From: Bdellovibrionales bacterium
Lineage (GTDB): Bacteria > Bdellovibrionota > Bdellovibrionia > Bdellovibrionales > JAGQZY01
Assembly: GCA_964230645.1 (NCBI GenBank)
Contig: CAXRHT010000002.1
Coordinates: 1,891,175 to 1,955,174 of the forward strand
Direction: 5' to 3'
Length of the DNA: 64,000 nucleotides
Positions 49,850 through 58,501 of the stretch are shown in pieces (position 1 is the first letter of the stretch; the number at the start of each line of letters is the position of its first letter). A model generated the notes under the pieces. That model was not told the DNA's origin. It did not search any database and saw nothing but the letters and a program-made list of their open reading frames with translations. Both the position numbers and the translations under genes were made by a program.

Positions 49850-50965
49850 ATGAAGAAACAGGAGACATTTTGTTTAGCGCCTTTTCGCTCAAGTTATTTG
49901 AATAATAACGTCGCTCGCCCCTGCTGTTGGTATAAAAAGTCGACTTTGGGGCCACAAAGTACAGACCTGAATAATATTCATCAAACCTTTCATTCGGAAG
50001 ATTTTAAAAAAATCAGAGGTGCTATGTTGAACAATGACTACCTAAAAGGTTGCCAACTCTGCTACGAACATGAAAAAAAGGGCGGCAAAAGTCATCGCCA
50101 ATTTTGGAATGAAAGAGAGTTTTCTCATGACAGCCCCAACAACCGTTCCCAGGAAGCTTCCCTCAAGGCTCTAGACCTTAATATGGGGAACCTTTGTAAT
50201 CTTAAATGTATAATGTGTGACAGTTATAATAGTACCAAATGGATTGACGATGAAAACAGTATGGAAGGTAAAGCTAAGTGCTCGGAGTTGAAGAAATTTA
50301 ACCTCAGTAAATTATCTCTAGATTCATTCAAAAACCTAGAGTGGCTAAAACTAGCTGGCGGGGAAGTTTTTTTGATGCCGGAACATGAAGATTTGCTCAG
50401 TTTTTTAATCCGTGAGGAGTTAGCACCCCAGATCGAGCTCGTTTATGTCACCAATAATTCTATAAGTGGAGAAAAATTTTTCGAGAAGTGGAAAAATTTT
50501 AAAAAAATTCGGCTCATATTAAGTATTGATGGAATAGGACCTATCAATGAATATATTCGTTTCCCAGTCAAATGGGAACAAAACCTGAAGGTTATTGAAG
50601 AGTTTCGGAATATGTCCGAAAAAATTAATCTTACACTCGAGGTTAATTCGGTGGTTAGCGTCCTGAACGTTTGTCATCTCAGTGAACTCTACCGATGGTG
50701 GACTAAATTTTCTAAGAATGAAGACATTTTCTTCCGCGTTTTAAATCACCCGGAGATTTTCGATATTAGAAATATGCCTAAGAGCTTAAAGACTAAGGCT
50801 ATAGAGAGCTTGGCAGGGTTGCCACCACTAGAACATGTCATTCAAGAGTTACAGAATAGCTCCAACAATCCCACTCAATGGAACAATTTTGAAAAATGGA
50901 TTCTAAAGCTAGACGAGATTCGTCATACTAATTTTCAGAGTATCAATCCACAATTTTTTACTTAA
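49850..50965 (+). CDS. Radical SAM enzyme with N-terminal Twitch domain
   Basis: FC...PCC...GCQLC...SHR, CNLKCIMC, GGEV and SIDG..YIRFP. Start placed at MKKQETFC. Confidence 0.9.
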   Translation: MKKQETFCLAPFRSSYLNNNVARPCCWYKKSTLGPQSTDLNNIHQTFHSEDFKKIRGAMLNNDYLKGCQLCYEHEKKGGKSHRQFWNEREFSHDSPNNRSQEASLKALDLNMGNLCNLKCIMCDSYNSTKWIDDENSMEGKAKCSELKKFNLSKLSLDSFKNLEWLKLAGGEVFLMPEHEDLLSFLIREELAPQIELVYVTNNSISGEKFFEKWKNFKKIRLILSIDGIGPINEYIRFPVKWEQNLKVIEEFRNMSEKINLTLEVNSVVSVLNVCHLSELYRWWTKFSKNEDIFFRVLNHPEIFDIRNMPKSLKTKAIESLAGLPPLEHVIQELQNSSNNPTQWNNFEKWILKLDEIRHTNFQSINPQFFT

Positions 50966-51656
50966 AGAAGCCTGTCAAACTCACTCGGTAGTTCATTCCT
51001 GCCGCGGCATCGATCCTCTCCACCTTATGGAAGCAGTGATTTTTAATCAAAACCAGTCGGTTCGGAACCGGCATTATATAATTTCCGAAGCCAGGCTGAA
51101 ACAATATCTCTCTTTCAAAATCATAATCAAAACTTATTCCTCTTTCACCATAAGTCTGACCTATGGAATCTTTTAACTCAGTCTTTGGATGAGTTTTCTG
51201 AGTGACCTTGATTCCCTCCTCAGTTTTGGTAGCCGAATCAGCGATAAGTAGGTTCCCCCCCCACATAGGATGCCAGTTTTTGTGGGCATAAAAAGAATAG
51301 GAGGCAAAGTAAGAAAGGTCTCGATGCCATCCAATCTCAGCTCCAGAGCTATAGGAGTGCACCATCATCGAACAATCTTCATACTCAATTCCGGGAAGAA
51401 ATTCGATTTCTTGCAAGGCCTTTTTAAAGATTTCCTGGAAAACCCCATAATTATTAGGCCACTTGTTCTTAAAAACCCACAATTTGTTCACAGATTTAAA
51501 TATGTCACCAGAGTTAAAGCGATAAACTTTGTCAAAACCTAGATTAACTTTTTCAAACACTTCACATTCTATTTGTTCAAGGAGAAGGTTCCATTGGTCT
51601 GGGGGAAGAAGATCATCTATAACCAAATAGTTTTCAGTTTGCATCACAACTCGCAT
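50958..51656 (-). CDS. Prolyl-4-hydroxylase-like 2OG-Fe(II) oxygenase
   Basis: WHRD, W.P.WGG.L, PVPNRLVL and HKVE.....R.SLTGF. Confidence 0.85.
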   Translation of the reverse strand: MRVVMQTENYLVIDDLLPPDQWNLLLEQIECEVFEKVNLGFDKVYRFNSGDIFKSVNKLWVFKNKWPNNYGVFQEIFKKALQEIEFLPGIEYEDCSMMVHSYSSGAEIGWHRDLSYFASYSFYAHKNWHPMWGGNLLIADSATKTEEGIKVTQKTHPKTELKDSIGQTYGERGISFDYDFEREILFQPGFGNYIMPVPNRLVLIKNHCFHKVERIDAAAGMNYRVSLTGFFK

Positions 51657-51827
51657 ACAAACGATGGTATGGATACAGCTGATCTATATCAACCAACCTT
51701 TTTGTTGCACAACGTCTCAATTCGGGATTCTCGACGATTTCTGACATTCTCATCCAGTTTTTTTGCTATTTGTCTTATCGATATGCGTTTTATTTTGCTA
51801 AACTATTGTTAGTACAAGGAGGAAGTG

Positions 51828-53015
51828 ATGGAGCGCAGGGATTTTTTCCGAATTCTTCAAGGGGTGGGTTCACTAGCTGTGGTCAGCGCTGGACAGAAAT
51901 GGTTTACCGACTCACGAAATAATCCCAACAACTATACCATAGCTGTTAATATTCCTTTCTCTAGTTTTTTCAATGAAGAATCGAACCAACTCATCCTTGG
52001 ACACTTTTTAGCAGCCCATCATATCAATTCAAACACTGGCTTTTCAAATAGCCCAATTTATCCTCATTTGAACCAAGCTGGACTTCTAGGAAAGAAAGTA
52101 CAAATCCATTTAAAAGACACAGCAGGAAACTCTAAGGTGGCTCGAAGTAATGCCAAAGAGTTTTTTCAACAGGTTAATACTGTAATGATTTCTGGTGGGT
52201 CTTCTTCCGAAGAGGTTCTCGCCAACCGCGAAATTGCCAAGCAATACGAAAAAGTCTGTATGGATGGGATTAGCCACTCTAATCGATGCTCTACAAACCC
52301 TAAGGGTTTCTCATTGAATTTCGACAATAACTATACGGCTCAAGCCATCTCTAAGCATCTGCCTTCAGCTTCCAATTTTTTTCAAGTGTATGTCGGGTAC
52401 GACTGGAGCCATATGCAAATGGACTCCTTCCGTACAGCATTAGAGGACCGCGGCGCTTCGGAGAATGGAAGGGTTCATTTTGACAATTCTGATGTTAAAT
52501 CGATCGTACGCGAAGTTATAGCCAGCGGATCCGACACCCTAATTCTTAATTTGTACAGCCAAAAACTGTTAAAGTTCGTAACTTCTTTAACGGAACAACC
52601 CGAACTGGTTCAAGAAATCCTTAAGAATAGGATCACAGTGGTTGCTCCCCTGCTATCTGATTCTCTTGAAAGAAATTTTAATTTTAATAAAATTCCAAAT
52701 CTTCTAGCTATGAAAATCTGGGACGCCAAGGTAACCAAGGATCCCGTGAGTCAAAATTTTGCTCAATTATTTCAAGATTATTACGGACTTAAACCTTACG
52801 AAAGTGCTTATGTGAGTTATTTTCAAACAATGAATTTTTGCAATGCTGCACAAGCCGTCCAGTCTTTCGAATATTCAAAGGTAAAGGACTTTTTGACTAA
52901 AAAAGCTCATCCCAGATTTCGCTATTCCTCAAACGACCATAGAAGTTTTGAACAGGGTGTAGTTTTACGGAGTCGACATGGTGGGAGCTATGAACTTGAC
53001 CGCCAATTGGTCTAG
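51828..53015 (+). CDS. Tat-exported type I periplasmic binding protein (branched-chain amino acid/amide-like)
   Basis: MERRDFF Tat motif; GLLGKKVQI..DT, GGSSS and YDW; RBS AGGAGG. Confidence 0.75.
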   Translation: MERRDFFRILQGVGSLAVVSAGQKWFTDSRNNPNNYTIAVNIPFSSFFNEESNQLILGHFLAAHHINSNTGFSNSPIYPHLNQAGLLGKKVQIHLKDTAGNSKVARSNAKEFFQQVNTVMISGGSSSEEVLANREIAKQYEKVCMDGISHSNRCSTNPKGFSLNFDNNYTAQAISKHLPSASNFFQVYVGYDWSHMQMDSFRTALEDRGASENGRVHFDNSDVKSIVREVIASGSDTLILNLYSQKLLKFVTSLTEQPELVQEILKNRITVVAPLLSDSLERNFNFNKIPNLLAMKIWDAKVTKDPVSQNFAQLFQDYYGLKPYESAYVSYFQTMNFCNAAQAVQSFEYSKVKDFLTKKAHPRFRYSSNDHRSFEQGVVLRSRHGGSYELDRQLV

Positions 53016-54196
53016 ACGCTTTCAAACATATAAGTGTTATCAGGGAAGATTTCTTCGAAGGATGCTCCCGTCTTTTCATCGTAGGCTTTTAACCACTCCC
53101 TACACTGCTCTATAACCTGCAAATTGGGATTCAAATGTTCCATAGAATGAACCAAGGAGATCACATGATCTTTGTATTTTTGATAAGAGTGAAAATTCTG
53201 TTCCTTGATTCGTTCGAGGGGAATTTGAAGGCGTGAGCCATAGGTTTGCATCATAAAAATATCTGGTTTGCCAACATAATTGTAGTGAGGCTCAATCCAA
53301 TCTAGTTTCTGATCTTTCAGATATTCCATTATTTCACTGAGGTAAGTGAGATTAAGAATATTGAGCGCGATGTTACATCGGACTCTTCCTAACTCAGGTG
53401 TAGAAGCAAAGCGATTCCGAAAGCTCAAAAGGTTTTTCTCAAACAATTGCCAATCCAGCCCTTCGCGAAGGTACTCACCCCTTTTACCAATTCCGTCAAT
53501 AGACACCCTTAGATAGAGTTTGTGCCCACTTTCAACAACCTTCTCCATTGCATTCTCAAACTTGCCCATCAATAAAGGTGGAAACATAAGATTGGTACTA
53601 AAGCTCAAAGTTTTTGTTCCACCCGACTTTTTCCCTTTGGAAAGAATATCAACTATGTCAAAAAATTCTTTATGTAAAACCGGCTCACCACCGAAAATTT
53701 GGATGACCGGGATTTTTTCATAATTTTTAATGAAATGCCCAATAAGATTTTTTCTGACTTGCGCGCCTCGAATAAGTCCTTTTTGTTTTTCCTCTATTGG
53801 GAGTTCCTTTTCCCACAATGAGGAGCAATTTGATGAGCAGAAAACACATTTTAAGTTACAATGGTTGTGGAACTTGATTTCAAGAATTTTCGGAGCTTCA
53901 ATCTTGTCTAGATGAGCTAGTGGATGAACTCGATCTTGTTTAAGCACCTGGCGATAACTCTTCACACCGTTTTCTTCATCAGTCCAACATTTATAGCAAA
54001 GTGAATCTTTCTTTCCTTTTCTGAGATTCTGTCGGAGTTCGATGAGTCGTTCGTGGTTATTAAAATTGTGGTCGTTTAGTTTCTGATAATCAATTCTGGG
54101 GCAAGGACGCCACCAACCGAAGCCAGCATCCACACTATACATTTCCCAGGGGAAGGCGCAGATCACCGAATTACCTTTCAGGTCTTGCTTTTTCAT
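53012..54196 (-). CDS. Radical SAM enzyme with N-terminal Twitch domain
   Basis: IC..PW...PCP...CYKCW..E...SYR, CNLKCVFC, GGEP and SIDG...YLR. Confidence 0.9.
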   Translation of the reverse strand: MKKQDLKGNSVICAFPWEMYSVDAGFGWWRPCPRIDYQKLNDHNFNNHERLIELRQNLRKGKKDSLCYKCWTDEENGVKSYRQVLKQDRVHPLAHLDKIEAPKILEIKFHNHCNLKCVFCSSNCSSLWEKELPIEEKQKGLIRGAQVRKNLIGHFIKNYEKIPVIQIFGGEPVLHKEFFDIVDILSKGKKSGGTKTLSFSTNLMFPPLLMGKFENAMEKVVESGHKLYLRVSIDGIGKRGEYLREGLDWQLFEKNLLSFRNRFASTPELGRVRCNIALNILNLTYLSEIMEYLKDQKLDWIEPHYNYVGKPDIFMMQTYGSRLQIPLERIKEQNFHSYQKYKDHVISLVHSMEHLNPNLQVIEQCREWLKAYDEKTGASFEEIFPDNTYMFESV

Positions 54197-54275
54197 ACCT
54201 TGGTTATATACAATTAGATCTTAAGTCTCTAGGCTCACTGTAGCGAAATTTTAGTCTTTTAGGCGGAGGCGTTTT

Positions 54276-55364
54276 ATGAAGTTTATTCTAGTCCTGATTC
54301 TTCTCAGATTTTCTTACGCAGCAGATCGCCCAATTTTTTTTGAAAATATCAAGGAAAAACCAGTTCAGGTACAAAAAGATTTATTGGAAAGAAGAATTAA
54401 ACTAGACAGTCGACCTGAATTCGCTCTAACCTCCAAACTTAATATTGAGGAGTACCTAAAGATTTCCGAGGCCGATTCTGCAGCCTACGATTTTTTGTTT
54501 AAGATCGGAAAAAATAGTAGCGATATAGAATTCAAAAAAAATCTTCTCGAAGTATTAGCCGATCCTGCATTCCTTGAACAAACGATCCTGCAAATAGAGA
54601 AAATCGGAAACTCTCTTTTTACTAAAGAGTTATCCACAAAATTTTATAAAAATATAATTCGAGAACTTGTTGAACAAAATAAAATTGATCATTACATAAA
54701 ATTTAGAGATGAAATCATTCAAATGATCAATTATCTAATGGAAGACGTTTCTAAAAATGCCGATGAAAATTCTTTCATTCTTTCTTATAGGCTTGGCCTC
54801 ACCGAACTAACTAAAATGATCAGAGGTGAGATTATTGGAATGATAAATTCCAGTTCACGGTTAAAATTTATAAATTGTTATAGCTATCTCAACGAAAAAA
54901 ACATGAAAGAAAGTAAAGATTGTTTCTCCCGCGTGAGTGGTTTTTGGAGTATGCTCGGAGATCTTTATGTTGAACAAATGAAAGGGATCAAACTTGAGAC
55001 CATGAAAGCGAAATTCGCAAAATTTAGACGAACTTTTAATGACTCTGTAATTTTGAAAGATCCTCGAGTTTACGCTTACGAGTATCTTCTAACTCAAGAT
55101 ATTGCTTCCAATCTACAAAAAAATCTAAAAAATAAAAATCCAAACTATAAATATGACTTTATTTTATTGATGCTCGACAAAAGGCTTGGGAAATTGGAGA
55201 AAGAAATTTCCGACCAAATTGAAGATAAGTTTTATTCCTCCTACCCTGACACCTATTTGAGCAAGGTTTTAAAGGGCGACATTCAATTTGAAAAATTAAA
55301 AGAATGGTTCGGAGAAAATTCGATGTTCTATCAGAGCGCGATAATTAAAAAGAATACCGAATAA
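54276..55364 (+). CDS. Secreted alpha-helical hypothetical protein
   Basis: RBS GGAGG; signal peptide (FSYA); 362 aa with no recognisable motif. Confidence 0.7.
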   Translation: MKFILVLILLRFSYAADRPIFFENIKEKPVQVQKDLLERRIKLDSRPEFALTSKLNIEEYLKISEADSAAYDFLFKIGKNSSDIEFKKNLLEVLADPAFLEQTILQIEKIGNSLFTKELSTKFYKNIIRELVEQNKIDHYIKFRDEIIQMINYLMEDVSKNADENSFILSYRLGLTELTKMIRGEIIGMINSSSRLKFINCYSYLNEKNMKESKDCFSRVSGFWSMLGDLYVEQMKGIKLETMKAKFAKFRRTFNDSVILKDPRVYAYEYLLTQDIASNLQKNLKNKNPNYKYDFILLMLDKRLGKLEKEISDQIEDKFYSSYPDTYLSKVLKGDIQFEKLKEWFGENSMFYQSAIIKKNTE

Positions 55365-55373
55365 GGAGAGGAT

Positions 55374-56408
55374 TTGTCCTGGTTTGAAATAGAAGATCTT
55401 CAACATTTAGAGATTGAATTGACAAGCCACTGTAATGCTCGCTGTCCTATGTGCTCAAGACAGATTTTAGGAACTTACAATGAAAATCCGAAATTAACAA
55501 AAAAGCATCTTCCCAAAACCTCAGTCCTTGCTTTAATTCCTCAACTCGCTAAGTGTCGTAACGTGGAAGTTGGGTTCATTGGAGCCTTTGGAGACCCGTT
55601 GATGCATCCAGATCTTCTTGATCTGACAGAGGCTTTCTGCAAGGAATCTAATATAAACGTGCTTATCGAAACTAACGGAGCCATTCGAAGTCAAAAATTT
55701 TGGGCCAATTTGGGCCAACTCTCAAAAGAGTCCGGAAACCTTAAGCTTACGTTTTCCATAGATGGCTTAGAAAAAACAAATGCTATCTATAGAGCCAACA
55801 CTGACTTCCAAAAAATCATGCAAAATTCTCAAACCTATATTGATCATGGCGGGTGGGCGAGCTGGAAATTTATTTGTTTCAAACACAATCAGCACGAGGT
55901 CGATATAGCTCGCCGAAGAGCTCAACATATGGGCTTTAAAAAGTTTATTGCCCATCATACACCACGCTGGAAATCGACATCTCAATCCTTAAAAGGCACT
56001 CCGTACGTCCTACAACCGAGTGATAAGGCAATGGAAAATCGATCACAAATGAAATTTGCACTCCAAGTAGAGGACGATATAAAATGTCGAGGCCTAGCGA
56101 GGAATATGCTTTTTATTAATTACCGTAACCAGGTTTGGCCCTGCAGCTTTTTCAGCGTCGAATACGAATTAGGGAAACCATTCACAGAATATTGGAAGAG
56201 AATAGAAGAAATCTTTGGTCAGAAATTTAATAATCTCGAAAATATATCCCTTGAGCAGTTTTTAGCACACCCTTTTCTGCAGAAAAAACTACCCCGTAGT
56301 TGGGACCGAAAAAGCTCCGGAACTCCAATTTGTGGTCGATTCTGCGGTGGCACCCATTATTGGAAGCAAACCAAGGAATTTTTTGATTTAACTGAAAGGA
56401 CTTTATGA
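55374..56408 (+). CDS. Radical SAM enzyme with C-terminal Twitch/SPASM-like Cys cluster (paralog of 37972)
   Basis: CNARCPMC, GAFGDP, TNG, FSIDG; C...VWPC...CGRFC. Confidence 0.9.
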   Translation: MSWFEIEDLQHLEIELTSHCNARCPMCSRQILGTYNENPKLTKKHLPKTSVLALIPQLAKCRNVEVGFIGAFGDPLMHPDLLDLTEAFCKESNINVLIETNGAIRSQKFWANLGQLSKESGNLKLTFSIDGLEKTNAIYRANTDFQKIMQNSQTYIDHGGWASWKFICFKHNQHEVDIARRRAQHMGFKKFIAHHTPRWKSTSQSLKGTPYVLQPSDKAMENRSQMKFALQVEDDIKCRGLARNMLFINYRNQVWPCSFFSVEYELGKPFTEYWKRIEEIFGQKFNNLENISLEQFLAHPFLQKKLPRSWDRKSSGTPICGRFCGGTHYWKQTKEFFDLTERTL

Positions 56409-56965
56409 TTATCGCAACGGGTAACCCGAAGAGAGGACTATCACAAGCTATCAATAGTGAATTTGAGGTAGATTTTTTTAGTCGTGAAACCGGATTTGAT
56501 TTTACTGATAGCAAGCATCGTGAAAAATTCACTCAATTGAGTCTGAACTATAAAATCTTTTTCAATATCGCTAAACTCGAGAATTTTCTACAAACTATTT
56601 TATTAAAAGAGGTGTATGCTTGCTGGGAAGCTCATCAACATTCCGGGCTAATTCTCAATATTGGTAGTACTTGCTGTTATGACCTCAAGGGCAGAAGTCG
56701 GCTTTACGAAGCTGAGAAAGCGAGTCTTCAAAAGTACTCTTATATGCTTGCCCGGAAGAGCTTAAATAATTCATCACAGATGGGCTGCAATATTAAGGTA
56801 GCTCACTTATCCACTGGTTGGATCGGAACCTCTGATGTAAAAGATAAAGCAGGCCGCCACGGAAAAGTTACTACTAAAGACTACTGTGACTCCATTCGCT
56901 TTCTAATAGGTCTTCCTCCAATGCTTAATTGTAATGAGCTATCTTTAGAAGCTTTTACCGAATAG
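56405..56965 (+). CDS. Minimal short-chain dehydrogenase/reductase-like protein
   Basis: IIATG...GLSQAI, ILNIGS and YEAEK (YxxxK). Confidence 0.7.
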   Translation: MIIATGNPKRGLSQAINSEFEVDFFSRETGFDFTDSKHREKFTQLSLNYKIFFNIAKLENFLQTILLKEVYACWEAHQHSGLILNIGSTCCYDLKGRSRLYEAEKASLQKYSYMLARKSLNNSSQMGCNIKVAHLSTGWIGTSDVKDKAGRHGKVTTKDYCDSIRFLIGLPPMLNCNELSLEAFTE

Positions 56966-56971
56966 GATTCG

Positions 56972-58192
56972 ATGAGTAGTAGTAAGAATTTAAAAACCTT
57001 TTGTATTTTTCCATTTGTACACATGAGTGTAAAGGCCCATGGGAATAGAACCGTTACCCCTTGTTGGCGGTCATTTGAAATAATAGGAAACCTTCAGGAG
57101 CAAAGCCTACAGGAGGTCTGGTCGAGTCCAGCGGCTCAAAAGTTAAGAAATGATCTTTTATCAGGAAAACAACCCAAAGGCTGTCAACGTTGCTGGAATA
57201 TAGAAAATCAGTCAGAAACTTTAAACATTTCACTAAGACACCGATACAATAAACGTTATAGTCACTTTTTCTCAGATGTATTCGACGATATTAAACAGGG
57301 GAAGATACCTAAAGTGAAATCTGCAGAGTTTCGCTTCAGTACTTTATGTAATTTTCGCTGCCTCCACTGTCATCCATCGAATAGCACAACTTGGAAAAAG
57401 TTTTGTCAGGAAAATCCTAGGGTTAAAAATATACCCTCACAATATTTAGATTCCATCCCCATTCAAATTCTGGATAAAGAACAAATCGATCAATTTTTAA
57501 AAAGCTATGGTGAATCCCTTGAGGAGTTTTGGGTGTGTGGAGGAGAACCACTCATGGAGCCCCTTTACTATTATTTTTTGGATCAATACCCTCCTAGCTC
57601 CGCGGGAAAATTGAATCTCTATATGTCAACGAACCTATCTCGTTTAAGTTTGAAGGGATGGGATCTGAAAAAATTATGGCTAAAGTTTAAATCTCACACG
57701 ATTCGAGTTGGAATTGACGGCGACATAGACAGCTATGAGTATTTTCGAGTTGGGGGTTCTACGACAACTTTGGAAAAAAATGTTGAAACGGTTCACAATT
57801 GGAAAATTCCAGGTTTGTCCCTAGAAAGTGTATGCACTGTTAATATTTTGAATATCTCTAAAATTAGAGGAATACTTTCGTTTTCAGAATCCCTCGATCT
57901 TCCTTTAGTATTTACCTTCTTAAATGGTCATCCTGATTCCCTAGATATACGGAACCTTCCAAAGAAGTGGAAAAATCAATTTGAAACTGAGATAAAAGCA
58001 TTGTTAACAAACCAACGTCTCCCCGAAAAAACCAGAAGTTCTCTTAACAGAGTACTTGTATTTATGCTTTCAAGAGAGGACGATCCATCTGAGATCCAAA
58101 AGCTAAAATATTATTGTGAATCGCTAGATTCCCATAATTCATTAAAATTTAACGAGGTTTACCCAGAACTCGATGGGCTTTGGGGTCAATAA
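56972..58192 (+). CDS. Radical SAM enzyme with N-terminal Twitch domain
   Basis: FC..PF...PCW...GCQRCW..E...SLR, CNFRCLHC, GGEP and GIDG..YFR. Confidence 0.9.
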   Translation: MSSSKNLKTFCIFPFVHMSVKAHGNRTVTPCWRSFEIIGNLQEQSLQEVWSSPAAQKLRNDLLSGKQPKGCQRCWNIENQSETLNISLRHRYNKRYSHFFSDVFDDIKQGKIPKVKSAEFRFSTLCNFRCLHCHPSNSTTWKKFCQENPRVKNIPSQYLDSIPIQILDKEQIDQFLKSYGESLEEFWVCGGEPLMEPLYYYFLDQYPPSSAGKLNLYMSTNLSRLSLKGWDLKKLWLKFKSHTIRVGIDGDIDSYEYFRVGGSTTTLEKNVETVHNWKIPGLSLESVCTVNILNISKIRGILSFSESLDLPLVFTFLNGHPDSLDIRNLPKKWKNQFETEIKALLTNQRLPEKTRSSLNRVLVFMLSREDDPSEIQKLKYYCESLDSHNSLKFNEVYPELDGLWGQ

Positions 58193-58461
58193 ACAATGAA
58201 GTCGACGTGATATTCGAGGTGGAGCCCTCCCCGAGTGGTTGTCCATAGGTAGAAACTAAGAGAAATTAGACACTTAGGGGCTATTCAACATATTTGTAAT
58301 TGATGGAGTCTCAAACAAGCCGCGCATGAGTCCTTCTCGTTGCCTAAGAGGAAGAGGCGTCAGTTTTCTCGTCATTTTTTTAACCAGATCTCAGCGATTT
58401 TCGGCACTTTCTGATAAAAAGTTGTTTTATTTGCCTCTAAACGCCTTGATAGCTACTCGAA

Positions 58462-58477
58462 TGGTACGCTCCTTGCA
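58462..58477 (+). promoter_or_regulatory. sigma54 promoter
   Basis: TGGTAC-GCTCC-TTGCA, near-consensus TGGCAC-N5-TTGCW; implies a start site near 58488. Confidence 0.65.
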
Positions 58478-58501
58478 AAATAAATGAATCAGAGGTTTTT
58501 C

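Noticed and set aside
37972..58484. RiPP precursor peptide for the rSAM enzymes
   Set aside because: No convincing short leader-core ORF with an RBS and no PqqD/RRE domain were found by eye. The small ORFs present are membrane peptides. A precursor outside the window is not excluded.
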